64,000 bases of DNA from IMG/VR virus record IMGVR_UViG_3300025646_005482, positions 64,001-128,000 of that record. One strand, written 5' to 3'. Below the pieces are notes generated by a model. It did no database searches. It was not told the origin of the DNA and saw only the letters and a program-made list of their open reading frames with translations. Of this stretch, positions 23,683 through 34,666 are shown piece after piece. The position numbers were made by a program, and so were the translations under genes. Within the stretch, counting starts at the first letter, position 1. The number at the start of each line of letters is the position of its first letter. This DNA is from a virus.

Positions 23683-25743
23683 ATGGCATTTTATCATTTA
23701 GGACATGGATTTAATTGGTTTATGGGTCGAGTGGTAGAACTCGATCCAACCGAAGATCCAAAGTTCAAAAGATATTTAGGTCGTGTAAAAGTGCGAGTCA
23801 TACACGATCAAACTGGTGATTTAGGTAAAATCAAAGCTCCGTTTGGTATTCCTGATTCTGATCTATTATGGGCGTGGCCATTATCATCTATACAATCTGC
23901 AAGTTTAAGTTATCGCAAGATAGTAGAATTAGAAGAATATCCTACACCATTTTGGATTGATGCTGTGGGTACATCACCTACGGGCATCGCTGTTGGCACT
24001 TATGTTTTTGGTTTTTATATTGATGGTCAAGAAGGTAACATACCAGTTATTTTTGCTACCTATCATAAAGACTCAATATATCCTGAACCACCCACTGACG
24101 ATGCAGCTGGTGATATGTTGCAGATCAAACCTCCTGAAGGTCCCATTTTTGATTACATGGATGTATCTGCTCTGGCGAAAGGTTGGCATCATGATCCAGA
24201 ACGAGATGAGAATCATCCTTTAGGAAGAGAATATCCACCATCTACTGACCCCGAAAAGGGTGGTCAGATGCTGCCTAAACACAAATCGGCTGCTAATCCA
24301 GACGGTTATAAAAAAGGTTTGATGAATCTCGTTTGGGAACCAGCATCAGATTATAACACAAAATATCCGTTTAATTTTGTTCATACTACGAAATCAGGGC
24401 ATGCAATAGAGTTAGACGATACACAGGGACACGAGAGGATACAGTGGTGGCATCGATCTGGTAGCTTCGAAGAACTATCTAATAATATACTAGGTGGTCC
24501 TCAGGACAGAGACGGATTAGCTGGTGAGTATCCTCAAAAGATGGTTGGTTGGAAAGAACCAATGAAAAACCATGAACCGGGCACTCACCCGCCATGGGAA
24601 GGAAGACGTGTAAAGAAAACTACAGGCAATGATTATACTATCGTATTAGAAAACAAAGAGACGTATGTAGGTGCATCGACTAAACTAGAGATTGTTAATA
24701 ACACGACTTCTGGTATAGGCAATAATCATATCGAGACAGTTGCTAATAACGTTTATATCGCTGTAGGTTTTTATCCACGAACTGCAAACAATGAATTAAC
24801 GGGCGAATCAGCACGTTATCAATTAAAAGATTCATGGCAAGACGAAACTGGTTTTAGAAGCAACGCCGAGAAGAAGTTTAAAGAATTACCTGCTACGCAC
24901 AAATATGATTTTATTACAGACGTAGCTAACAACGTTCAAATGTCTGTGGGTTGGACGTGGAAAAAAGGAAGAGAGATTGATGTATATTCTGAGAAAAATA
25001 ATTTTGTTGAGATAGCAAACAATCAATTAGTATCTCTTGGTTGGATTCCACTCAATAATTACGATGGTGACAAAGAAGGTAGATCTATTCAAGCGCTTGA
25101 CAAGATGAATCATTATCTTGATGTCAAGAATAATAGTTTTACTACGATTGGGTGGAATCCGTTTACAGAAGCACGTCAAGCGACTGCCTTAGATATCTCA
25201 AACCATTACACTGATGTAAAGAATAATGCGTGGGTCAATATTGGTTATGAACCAAAAGGAGAAGATGCGCGCTTAATCAATTCTGACGACGTATATAACT
25301 ATTATACTGACGTGAGAAATACGTGGAGACAAACAACACAAAATAATTTATACATTAGTGTAGGTAATTTGCCTAAAGACGAAAGAAAAAAATCACAATC
25401 TGATGAACGAAGTTTATTCATAGATGTTTCGAATAAATGGGCTACACGAGTTGGTACAGATACAGCCTTTGATTTTAGAGGCAAGATGAACATGAACATC
25501 ATCAAAGAAGGTATGATTGATGCTCACTCACAATTCGTCATTAATGGACATCAAGAAGTTATAATTAAATCTCCTGTAGGCATTACATTTGAAGCGCCGT
25601 CAGTGACAGTAGTTGGTGGTAGTTTCTCAGCTGAGAAAGGTTTGAGTGCGATGTCGAAGGGAATGAGTACGTCTTTTACAGCAATGAATGGTGTCACACT
25701 TAATTTTACCGATGGAATATTAACTAGTATAGAAAGGCCGTAG
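23683..25743 (+). CDS. 5: Baseplate hub/needle gp5 (OB-fold plus beta-helix, no lysozyme domain seen)
   Basis: WFMGRVV..LGRVKVRVI..LLWA..VFGFYIDG; YPFNFVHTTKSGHAIELDDTQGHERI; VxNN repeats. Confidence 0.9.
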   Translation: MAFYHLGHGFNWFMGRVVELDPTEDPKFKRYLGRVKVRVIHDQTGDLGKIKAPFGIPDSDLLWAWPLSSIQSASLSYRKIVELEEYPTPFWIDAVGTSPTGIAVGTYVFGFYIDGQEGNIPVIFATYHKDSIYPEPPTDDAAGDMLQIKPPEGPIFDYMDVSALAKGWHHDPERDENHPLGREYPPSTDPEKGGQMLPKHKSAANPDGYKKGLMNLVWEPASDYNTKYPFNFVHTTKSGHAIELDDTQGHERIQWWHRSGSFEELSNNILGGPQDRDGLAGEYPQKMVGWKEPMKNHEPGTHPPWEGRRVKKTTGNDYTIVLENKETYVGASTKLEIVNNTTSGIGNNHIETVANNVYIAVGFYPRTANNELTGESARYQLKDSWQDETGFRSNAEKKFKELPATHKYDFITDVANNVQMSVGWTWKKGREIDVYSEKNNFVEIANNQLVSLGWIPLNNYDGDKEGRSIQALDKMNHYLDVKNNSFTTIGWNPFTEARQATALDISNHYTDVKNNAWVNIGYEPKGEDARLINSDDVYNYYTDVRNTWRQTTQNNLYISVGNLPKDERKKSQSDERSLFIDVSNKWATRVGTDTAFDFRGKMNMNIIKEGMIDAHSQFVINGHQEVIIKSPVGITFEAPSVTVVGGSFSAEKGLSAMSKGMSTSFTAMNGVTLNFTDGILTSIERP

Positions 25744-25752
25744 GATAATAAT

Positions 25753-26445
25753 ATGTCAATGTCAGTAGCGATAGCTCGCTTAAAATCAATGCAAGAAGAA
25801 CTCGAGGCCGCAACAGGTGTAACCGAGGTCGAATTGCCTGGTCCTCCCGCTGGTCAAGTAGTATCAGTCGCAGGTGAATTTAGTTGTGAAAGATTAGAAT
25901 TGTTAGTGCAAGAACATATCAAAGCCGTAACTGATATGATCAAAGCAAAAACGCAAGAAATCTCTGCGCTAATATCTAACTACGCTCCTATCTTATCTTT
26001 ACCGAGTGATCCGCTCAAGATTTTGAAATGGGCAAAGAAAGTAGTATTAGGAATGGCCGAACCTGCAATTGCAGCGGCTATTCAACATGCTATCGAAATT
26101 GCTCAATTGGCTGGAGCAATGGCTGGTTTGATCGGTGCAGTTGCAGCTGCGGCGTCTAGACTTGCAACGTGTATTACAAATCTAGTTCAAGATAGTTTAA
26201 AGTCTGTGATGGACGAATTGATGAATGGAGCAATTGCTCTATACGATCAAGCAACAGGAATTTATGAATCACTGAAAGATCAAGCGCTTGATCAACTTGG
26301 ATTCAATGAAATTTTAGAATTGTCAGATACCGTATCAGGCCAGATTGATACTCTGAAGAGCACGGTGGGTGACATTGAAAGTTCGGTCGATAGTATGTCG
26401 AATAGTGTTGACGTATTATCTGGCATTCAAGTACCAGCAACGTAG
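25753..26445 (+). CDS. Helical hypothetical baseplate-associated protein
   Basis: 230 aa, Ala-rich hydrophobic central segment. Confidence 0.75.
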   Translation: MSMSVAIARLKSMQEELEAATGVTEVELPGPPAGQVVSVAGEFSCERLELLVQEHIKAVTDMIKAKTQEISALISNYAPILSLPSDPLKILKWAKKVVLGMAEPAIAAAIQHAIEIAQLAGAMAGLIGAVAAAASRLATCITNLVQDSLKSVMDELMNGAIALYDQATGIYESLKDQALDQLGFNEILELSDTVSGQIDTLKSTVGDIESSVDSMSNSVDVLSGIQVPAT

Positions 26446-26454
26446 GAATAGATC

Positions 26455-27360
26455 ATGGCAGATTGCGCAAATTGCGGAGCAGCTAATTCACCAGAATGTG
26501 AAAACTGTACAAAGTGTGGTAAACCCGTTGGTGGTATTCGCAGTGCTCCTCCTAATTCACCCACTGGTGGCCGGACAGTTTTTGGTACTGGTAGTATTGG
26601 TGCTAAGGGCAAGTGGTTTTCAGGAATCCAAGCTTTAGGTGAAAAAGCAGCAAAAGAAATTGCAGAACAAGTTTCTACAATTGGTCCGACTCGGGCAAAT
26701 AATAAAGTCAGAAAACCAGGAACTGGTCGGCCAAAACCAACTGTATATACAATTCCTCAAATCAATATACCTGTAGCTAATACAGAAGAATACGAAGTAT
26801 CATCTAACACCGAACTTTATATTCCTGCTATCGGTACTGAAATTGGTAATGGAGCTGTAGACTATGTAAAGTTTGCAGAAAAAATGCAAGCTCAAGCGAC
26901 AGAGTTAGCAAACAATCTACAGACGCTAAAGAATCAAAAGGGAGTTTCCAGCGGTGCAGGCGGGGGTGTACCTGACGGACCTGATTGTGATATCGACGTA
27001 GAATATCCTGCTAATACGTTTACGATTGAAGTTAAATCAAAATTTGAAGTTATACCGTGTGAAGATCCGGTGCCGTGTGAATTTACATGTTCAACATTTA
27101 CTGTAAATGCTGATGATACAGTTACTATAACAAACGGCACGATTACTATCACATTGAGTGGCGGCACATTGTCATTTGCTGGTGTGACGGCGATGGATTT
27201 ACCATCTGTCACAACTATCGGTGGTAATGCTATTGCTGATAAATCTTGGGTTACTAGCGGCTTCTCAGAAAATACCCATACTCATACATTCTCAGGTACT
27301 GGTTCTGACGGTAACACTAGTATTACTATTTCTGGAACTACGTCTGCAGCATCAACATAA
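26455..27360 (+). CDS. Putative spike-tip protein with N-terminal zinc ribbon and C-terminal HxH motif
   Basis: CANCG..CENCTKCG; short beta repeats; NTHTHTF near C-terminus; between gp5 and gp25. Confidence 0.6.
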   Translation: MADCANCGAANSPECENCTKCGKPVGGIRSAPPNSPTGGRTVFGTGSIGAKGKWFSGIQALGEKAAKEIAEQVSTIGPTRANNKVRKPGTGRPKPTVYTIPQINIPVANTEEYEVSSNTELYIPAIGTEIGNGAVDYVKFAEKMQAQATELANNLQTLKNQKGVSSGAGGGVPDGPDCDIDVEYPANTFTIEVKSKFEVIPCEDPVPCEFTCSTFTVNADDTVTITNGTITITLSGGTLSFAGVTAMDLPSVTTIGGNAIADKSWVTSGFSENTHTHTFSGTGSDGNTSITISGTTSAAST

Positions 27361-27382
27361 ATAACAATTAAAAGAGAAAACA

Positions 27383-27823
27383 ATGGGCGTTAAGACAGCA
27401 AGAGAAAACGAACAATATAAAATCACGGCCAGAAATCGTGATTTGTTTAGCGATTTCAATCAATCTTTTTTACCTCATCCAAATACTGGTCAAATCAGTC
27501 GAAAGGTAAATGTCGACGCGGTTAAGATGTCTTTACGTAATCTCGTATTGACTAATAAATATGAAAGGTTAAGAAACCCACGATTTGGTGGCAATATTCG
27601 TAGGTGGTTGTTCGAGCCATCTACATCAGCATATGCTATTACAAAAGAAATAGAACGACATGTAAGAGAAATTGTTCGTCAATATGAGCCGCGAGTAAGA
27701 TTATTAGAAGTGATCGCATCAGCAACAGAAGATGATACCACCGTCAATATTTACATTAAGTTTAGCATCGTCTCATCAGAAAGAGATGAAGAACTCAACA
27801 TCACATTGTATAGAGTAAGATAA
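27383..27823 (+). CDS. 25: Baseplate wedge gp25
   Basis: AVKMSLRNLVLTNKYER..FGGNIRRWLFE..YEPRV; CATAAATA upstream at 27356. Confidence 0.93.
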   Translation: MGVKTARENEQYKITARNRDLFSDFNQSFLPHPNTGQISRKVNVDAVKMSLRNLVLTNKYERLRNPRFGGNIRRWLFEPSTSAYAITKEIERHVREIVRQYEPRVRLLEVIASATEDDTTVNIYIKFSIVSSERDEELNITLYRVR

Positions 27824-29584
27824 ATGGCCTCTACAAGTAACGATCTCACCACTCTCGACTTCGAATCCGTCAAAGAAAATCTAAAGACGTATCTATCTAG
27901 TCAAGCTATCTTTAAAGACTATGATTTCGAAGCATCTAATATCAGCGTTTTGTTAGATATTCTTGCATATAATACAAACCTCAATGGTTTTTATTTAAAC
28001 ATGATTGCAAATGAGATGTTTCTTGACTCAGCACTATTACGCGATTCTATTATTTCACATGCTAAAGAATTAAACTATTTGCCGCGGTCATTTAGATCAG
28101 CACAGGCTATTATCAACCTAACTCTTACTGACAATTCTAATAATTCTACAGTGCTTATACCGCGCGGTACCACATTTACCGGCCGCTCAGCCAATAAGAA
28201 TTTTACTTTTACGACTGCAGAAAATATACAAGCTCGTAGTACTAACATCACAAATCAATTTAAAGCTGACAATATAGTTATATACGAAGGTGATTACGTA
28301 CAAGATTCTTATGTAACTGATGCTCAAAATCAACCGCGTTTTATCATTACGAATAAAACTGTAGACACAAATAGTTTAAAGGTAATCGTTATTGAAGACA
28401 ATGGCGCAACAACACTGTCTTATGAAAGAAGAGATTCTCTTTTTGGCATCGGTGCTACTGATCAGGTTTTCTTTATACAAGCAGCAGAAAACGACACATA
28501 TGAAATTTTATTTGGTGATGGTGTTATAGGTAGACAACCTAAGAACAACTCTATTGTACTTATCGAGTATCGTGCATGCAACGGCGAATTGCCAAATGGC
28601 TTAGGTGTATTTGCTGCTGATGATAATGTTGGTTCAGCTACAGTTACGGCCGTTGAAACAGTGAGTAAAGCTTCTGGCGGTTCAATTCCTGAATCACTAG
28701 ATTCAATTAAGTTTAATGCGCCACGAGCATTTACTACTCAGGAACGTGTTGTTACAGCACAAGATTACGCCACACTTCTCAAAGCTAATTTCTCTGAGAT
28801 TAATGATGTTGCTGCATTTGGTGGAGAAGAATACACACCTCCTCAGTTTGGCAAAGTAATTGTTGCTGTAGATTTAAAGAACACAGACTTGTTGCCTGAT
28901 AGCTATCGTGAAAAATATAGAAACTTTATTGCACCTCGTAGCCCCTTGTCAATCGATCCAGTATTCGTCAAACCAGAATATTTGTATTTGTCTATTACTA
29001 CTAATGTCAAATACGATATCTCACAGACATCATTGGGTGTAGATGATATTAAGAGTCTTGTTGTATCAGCTATTCAAGCTTACAACGAAAATAGTCTAAA
29101 TGGATTTAAAAAGACGATGCGTTACAGTAAATTAGTTGCAGCAATCGATGGTGCACAAAACGCTATTATCAGCAACGATACTACTGTTTTGGCAACTCAA
29201 TACTTGCCATTGATAATCGGCCAGAGATCGGCTTATAAATTAGATTTTGCAATGCCATTAACTATTGACAAAGACAAATCTTCGGTTAAATCTGAATTGT
29301 TCCAATTCTCTGGCACACCGAGTTATATCAGAGATGACAACGATGGCAAATTAAGAATAGTCAATGAGGGAGCAGATGATGTTTTCTTGGCAACAGTTGG
29401 TTCGGTTGACTATAATAATGGAGAAATAATATTAGATGATTTTGCTACTGGTGACCAGAAAACACAATTGAAATTTACTGTTACTCCAAAAGAAAGAGAC
29501 ATTGCTTCTATTAGATCTTCTATTCTCAGAGTTCTCGATGAAGATATCACCGTAAGAGTCGACCAGGTCCGTTTAGATGGCTAG
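27824..29584 (+). CDS. 6: Baseplate wedge gp6
   Basis: LDFESVKENLK..DYDFEAS..LAYNT..EMFLDSA; FGDGVIG; QERVVTAQDY. Confidence 0.95.
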   Translation: MASTSNDLTTLDFESVKENLKTYLSSQAIFKDYDFEASNISVLLDILAYNTNLNGFYLNMIANEMFLDSALLRDSIISHAKELNYLPRSFRSAQAIINLTLTDNSNNSTVLIPRGTTFTGRSANKNFTFTTAENIQARSTNITNQFKADNIVIYEGDYVQDSYVTDAQNQPRFIITNKTVDTNSLKVIVIEDNGATTLSYERRDSLFGIGATDQVFFIQAAENDTYEILFGDGVIGRQPKNNSIVLIEYRACNGELPNGLGVFAADDNVGSATVTAVETVSKASGGSIPESLDSIKFNAPRAFTTQERVVTAQDYATLLKANFSEINDVAAFGGEEYTPPQFGKVIVAVDLKNTDLLPDSYREKYRNFIAPRSPLSIDPVFVKPEYLYLSITTNVKYDISQTSLGVDDIKSLVVSAIQAYNENSLNGFKKTMRYSKLVAAIDGAQNAIISNDTTVLATQYLPLIIGQRSAYKLDFAMPLTIDKDKSSVKSELFQFSGTPSYIRDDNDGKLRIVNEGADDVFLATVGSVDYNNGEIILDDFATGDQKTQLKFTVTPKERDIASIRSSILRVLDEDITVRVDQVRLDG

Positions 29585-32411
29585 AGATATTACGAGAGAA
29601 ATCTCGCAATTAGTTAAGAACCAATTTCCCTCTTTTTATCATGAAGAGGGAGAAATGTTTATTGCATTCGTAAAAGCATATTACGAATGGTTAGAATCAA
29701 ACAATCAGGCTTTGTATCATAGTCGAAGATTGCCAGACTATAAAGACATTGATAAGACTATCGATGATTTTATTATTGACTTCAAAAACAAATTTCTTGT
29801 TGATGTGCAGTTTAACGTTGCGACTAATAAAAGACTCTTCATTAAAAATGCATTAGAATTTTACAGAGCAAAAGGAACATCACGAGCTGTAGACCTATTC
29901 TTTAAACTAGTATATGGTTTAGAAGCCAGAGTTTATGAGCCATCACGTGATCTGTTTAGATTGTCAGATAATGAATGGACAGATGAACGCTATCTAGAAA
30001 TTTTGCCTAATCCTAAAAATCTAAATTTCGTAGGCAAACAGATATTTGGTTCTATATCAGGTGCCACCGCGTTTGCCGAAAAATTAGTAAGAGTAAAATC
30101 TGGATCAAAATTCATTGAAGTTTTATATCTCAGTGGTCTTTCTGATAACTTCGTAACAAACGAACTAATATATGCATACGATATCGATGTCGATGCGCAA
30201 GCTGAATACAGGACAGAAATCGTAGGTTCGCTTACACACTTTACAATCACGGCTTCAGATGCAGGATTTGAGGTTGGTGAAAAACTATACGTAAAAGTAG
30301 GATCTGGTAAAAAAGCACAAGCAACTGTATCAGCAGTCCAATCTGCTGTAGGTATTGTTGATTTTACATTCGTACATGGTGGATGGGGTTATAGTACTAA
30401 CGCTCAGATAATTGGTTCTGATAAGACTATGATATTTGACAATGTGCAATTTACTAGTAATGCATATTTTTATCATAACTTTCCTTTCGAACAATTTACT
30501 CCAATAAAACAAGATGTAGTAAGATATTATCTCGAAACTACTAATACGACTAGTACTACAGCAGCATTAGATCTTGCCATCGGTACAGAAGTTTATGCTG
30601 CTTGGGGTGACGATGGTAGTAATACTGTAGTTTGGGAAGGTACAATAGTCGATAAGAGTATTCCTAATTCCACATTAGATATTAATTATACAAAAACAAA
30701 TTATACGAATGATTTAACTGACGACGGCCGAGCAATATCTGGTAATAATGACATCACATTCTTATTTGCAAATGTCTCTGGTAATACAGTTGCGATGGAA
30801 ATTGATGTCGTAGATCAAAATGCATTAGATGTTTCGGTAGAAGGAAACGTGATCGCGACATCAAATACCTGTACTATTAGTTATACTACGTCTGACACTG
30901 ATACTGTAATTGAAACTAATGAAATATTCTATCAAGCTGATCCTACCTACAGCCATATGTTTGCGTCAGCTAGTGTTTTAGGTACGTTTGCAAATACAGA
31001 AACATCAGCGAAATATATCAATTTACAAATGAATAGGGGATATTTTAGAACAGATCTTCCTTTCTACAGAACAGTAAACGGAGATGGAGTTACTGATGTA
31101 GAATATCAAGTTGTCAATATGTCTAATGTCGCTGTAGGTATTATTACTAGTACTACTGATTTGAACTTTAAGCTTTTAGCAAATACGTACGCTGCAAATA
31201 CTGCTCTCGGAACTTTCTGTCCTGGTAGCAATAATAATGTCATCGGAGCATATACTACTAAAGCTACGATCAGAGCATCATCCTTCGAAAATACCGAAGG
31301 TCATACTTTCTTGCAGACTCTTGATAAAAATGGTGCAGAACTTACTATCAATAAACTCGATCTCTCAACCATAATTGATGATACAGCTAATATTGATATT
31401 ACTGATACAGCCAATTCGCCATTCGAACATGTTCATGCCGGTAACACTATATTCTATTCTAATACTACTCTCGATGATGCGCTAAATTATACAGCAGAAA
31501 CAATTACTCTCGGAGAAATATCATCGTTTGTCGTGACATCACCTGGTGCAGGGTATGGTGCTGATCCAATGTTCATTGTTTATGAACCCACGTTGTATCA
31601 CGCTGAAAGATATGATTTTTATTTAAGATATAAATCAGAAAATGCCATCGATGACTTACAAAAAGCCTTTATAATCGGAGAAAATATTACGACAGCGAAT
31701 GGAACAAAGGCTAAGATACGAAGATTTAATCAAGCTACGAGAGAAATTTATGCGACGCGATTGCATTTAAGTCAAGATACGTCTAACACTGTAAATCTCT
31801 GGACTACAGACGATTTTAGAATCGGAGACACAATTACAGGTGATACTTCACGTATATCTGCAATAATAGAAACAATTGATGAGACACGATACGCTCCACG
31901 TTCTGGTCTAAACGCAGATATTAAAACACTTGCATTATCAGGTACAGGATTTATTACGGATTTGCGTATATTAGATTCAGGATTTGGTTATTTCGGCAAA
32001 AGAAAAGACTCATCTACTGGTACATATGTAAAAGGAGAAGAGATGACGCTCGCTTCTTTCACAGATTCAACAAAAGAAGTAAGTGTATTAGGATATAACT
32101 TGTCTAACGGAATAGCTCCAGGTCAACACCCAAATCGTAGATCATTCTTAAGTTCAGATAAATACTTACACGACAATAATTTCTATCAAGAATATTCGTA
32201 TCAAGTTCTAACTGCACTACCATTTAGTAAATACAAGAGCACACTCGTTGATGTGTTGCACTTAGCTGGTAGCAAACCTTTTGGTGGATATGTAGGAACA
32301 TCGGAAATCAAGATAGATATTACTCCAACCGATTCTATAGCAACCTATGATATCAAGAACTACGGTTTGTGGGTAAATCAAAATACTTTCTATAGTGCTA
32401 ACGTAGCGTAG
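29577..32411 (+). CDS. 7: Baseplate wedge initiator (gp7-like)
   Basis: QFPSF..FVKAYYEWLE, FYRAKGT, HDNNFYQEYSYQV..LHLAG; between gp6 and gp8. Confidence 0.8.
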   Translation: MARDITREISQLVKNQFPSFYHEEGEMFIAFVKAYYEWLESNNQALYHSRRLPDYKDIDKTIDDFIIDFKNKFLVDVQFNVATNKRLFIKNALEFYRAKGTSRAVDLFFKLVYGLEARVYEPSRDLFRLSDNEWTDERYLEILPNPKNLNFVGKQIFGSISGATAFAEKLVRVKSGSKFIEVLYLSGLSDNFVTNELIYAYDIDVDAQAEYRTEIVGSLTHFTITASDAGFEVGEKLYVKVGSGKKAQATVSAVQSAVGIVDFTFVHGGWGYSTNAQIIGSDKTMIFDNVQFTSNAYFYHNFPFEQFTPIKQDVVRYYLETTNTTSTTAALDLAIGTEVYAAWGDDGSNTVVWEGTIVDKSIPNSTLDINYTKTNYTNDLTDDGRAISGNNDITFLFANVSGNTVAMEIDVVDQNALDVSVEGNVIATSNTCTISYTTSDTDTVIETNEIFYQADPTYSHMFASASVLGTFANTETSAKYINLQMNRGYFRTDLPFYRTVNGDGVTDVEYQVVNMSNVAVGIITSTTDLNFKLLANTYAANTALGTFCPGSNNNVIGAYTTKATIRASSFENTEGHTFLQTLDKNGAELTINKLDLSTIIDDTANIDITDTANSPFEHVHAGNTIFYSNTTLDDALNYTAETITLGEISSFVVTSPGAGYGADPMFIVYEPTLYHAERYDFYLRYKSENAIDDLQKAFIIGENITTANGTKAKIRRFNQATREIYATRLHLSQDTSNTVNLWTTDDFRIGDTITGDTSRISAIIETIDETRYAPRSGLNADIKTLALSGTGFITDLRILDSGFGYFGKRKDSSTGTYVKGEEMTLASFTDSTKEVSVLGYNLSNGIAPGQHPNRRSFLSSDKYLHDNNFYQEYSYQVLTALPFSKYKSTLVDVLHLAGSKPFGGYVGTSEIKIDITPTDSIATYDIKNYGLWVNQNTFYSANVA

Positions 32412-32419
32412 AGAAAAAC

Positions 32420-34663
32420 ATGGCCAAGAAATTAGTACCTTCAGATTTTAAGACACACATTATCAATCAGATCATTGAATCAGTGACTGAACCAGCTAAC
32501 ACTGCATATTACGCTTTCGTTGGCGATCATGAAACCGTTGCATCATCTGAAGAAGAAATAGTGCAGCCTACTGAAACGTTTAGAAATACAAACACAAATG
32601 TTTTCCGCAATATGATTTTTGGCAAAAGAGTTACTGCGCAAGATATTTCTTTTGTGATTAATAGAAACAATTGGATTTCTGGCACTGTATATGAAATGTA
32701 TGACGATCAAAAGATTGACATACAAGATACTAATTTTTATGTTCTCGTAGATGAAAATTCATTTAAACATGTATATAAGTGTCTATTTAATAACAACGGT
32801 GCGCCAAGTACTGATAGACCTCTATTTAAGAATGCGAAATACGAAGAAGATTTATTTTCGCCTGGTGATGATTATTATGAAACCTCTGATGGTTATCAGT
32901 GGAAATATATGTACAGTGTTTCTTCGTCGGTATTTGATAAATTCGCGTCAGAAAAATATATTCCAGTAGTTGCAAATACTGTCGTAGCTAGTAATGCGCA
33001 AGAAGGATCGATCGATGTCATCAAAGTAACTGACGCAGGTAAAAACTATGAGAATCATCTCACTGGTAGATTTGTAAGAGCAGATATCGGTCGTATCACT
33101 AGAGCATTGATCCAAAGTGATACTGTAGAAGCTTCTCCCGCGGATTCTACTGGAGCTAGTCATTTTGATATTATTAAAGCAGCTCAATGTTATAGAATTA
33201 AACCTACAGTAGATGATAGAGACATGACCACAAACTTCTATGCAAATACTATTTTGTATTTGACTACTGGTACGGGTGCGGGTCAATATCAGTTCGTTGA
33301 AAAGTCTGCTTACGTATCTGAAGTAGGTGGTGTTGTATTACAATTAGAAAATCAGTTCTCTGTTTTACCAGATGAAACTACTAATTACGAAATTACTCCA
33401 GCTGTTATTGTCACCGGCGATGGAGGTCAAACAGTAAATGCAGTTGCTCGAGCAATTATTAATGCTAATGCATCGGACAGTGTACATAAAGTAGAGATGT
33501 TGAATACAGGAGCAGATTATTCGTTCGCGTCAGCTGAAGTTTTATCTGGCAACCCAAGATCAGTAAATGGTCAAAGTGTTGTTGTACAACCAGCAAGTGT
33601 CAGACCTATTCTTTCTCCACCTGGCGGTCACGGAGCAAATACTATTGTAGAATTTGGAGCAAAAAGACTGTCATTCTATATGAAGTTTACTGGTAGCGAG
33701 TCTAACCTAGTTGAACCAACAAATACTTTCGCACAGTTTGGATTAATTAGAGATCCCAAATTTGCTAACGTAGCAATATATACTACCGACACGTCTGGTG
33801 AATTTTTGCCTAATGAAACTATAACTCAATTTACTAAATTGCCTATCGGTGCAACTGGAAAATTTGTTTCTAATACATCTTTGGGAGCATCTATTCAAGA
33901 CGTAACCTCAGGCGCAGATGAAAAATATGATCAGCACTTTGTTGTAGGTGATTATATTTTCTTAAAAACCGAACCCTTGACTGGTGTTTCTCAATATTTT
34001 CTTACCACAGTCGGTGTAGGCAGTACTTCTAATACTATATCGCTTGCTGCTTCTCCTCCATGGATAACCTCTACAAGCATGTCTACAACAGCATATTATG
34101 TACATGTTCAAGGTTCAGCAAAAGTTAAAGCTACTACTTTACCTTTGCCGGCCGGTGCTACTAGTGGTTTATTATTAAATAACGTTACACCTGAATTCAA
34201 AAAAGATCATCAAATTTATGGTAGCTTGAGTAGAAATATTGCTACAATTCAAGGGATTGATATAAATACTAGAATCGGAGAAGCCGAATCAGATTTTCAG
34301 TTTGCCGATTTTAATCAGATGTTGAAGATTAGTGCTCCAGTTTTGTCAGGAACATTTGTTGAAGATGAAGAAGTTACACAAGGTGCACCAATCACGGCAC
34401 GTGGTCAACTACATTCTATTGCAACAGCTGGTGGCGGTTCTACAATCAGCATGACTAATATAACAGGCCAATTTTCTACAGTAGGTACGATAACTGGCTC
34501 AACCAGTGGAGCTCAACTCTCTCAAACCGGATCAAATGCTATGGATCTTGTATATGGAGATCTTGACCCAAATACTGGTACAATACTTTATCTACAAAAC
34601 GATATTCCTGTAGATAGGGATGATGATCAAACAGAAGAAATAAGAGTAATCTTGGAGTTCTAA
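32420..34663 (+). CDS. 8: Baseplate wedge gp8-like
   Basis: WISGTVYEMYD, VYKCLFNNNG, DGYQWKYMY, PPGGHG, EEIRVILEF. Confidence 0.88.
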   Translation: MAKKLVPSDFKTHIINQIIESVTEPANTAYYAFVGDHETVASSEEEIVQPTETFRNTNTNVFRNMIFGKRVTAQDISFVINRNNWISGTVYEMYDDQKIDIQDTNFYVLVDENSFKHVYKCLFNNNGAPSTDRPLFKNAKYEEDLFSPGDDYYETSDGYQWKYMYSVSSSVFDKFASEKYIPVVANTVVASNAQEGSIDVIKVTDAGKNYENHLTGRFVRADIGRITRALIQSDTVEASPADSTGASHFDIIKAAQCYRIKPTVDDRDMTTNFYANTILYLTTGTGAGQYQFVEKSAYVSEVGGVVLQLENQFSVLPDETTNYEITPAVIVTGDGGQTVNAVARAIINANASDSVHKVEMLNTGADYSFASAEVLSGNPRSVNGQSVVVQPASVRPILSPPGGHGANTIVEFGAKRLSFYMKFTGSESNLVEPTNTFAQFGLIRDPKFANVAIYTTDTSGEFLPNETITQFTKLPIGATGKFVSNTSLGASIQDVTSGADEKYDQHFVVGDYIFLKTEPLTGVSQYFLTTVGVGSTSNTISLAASPPWITSTSMSTTAYYVHVQGSAKVKATTLPLPAGATSGLLLNNVTPEFKKDHQIYGSLSRNIATIQGIDINTRIGEAESDFQFADFNQMLKISAPVLSGTFVEDEEVTQGAPITARGQLHSIATAGGGSTISMTNITGQFSTVGTITGSTSGAQLSQTGSNAMDLVYGDLDPNTGTILYLQNDIPVDRDDDQTEEIRVILEF

Positions 34664-34666
34664 GTA

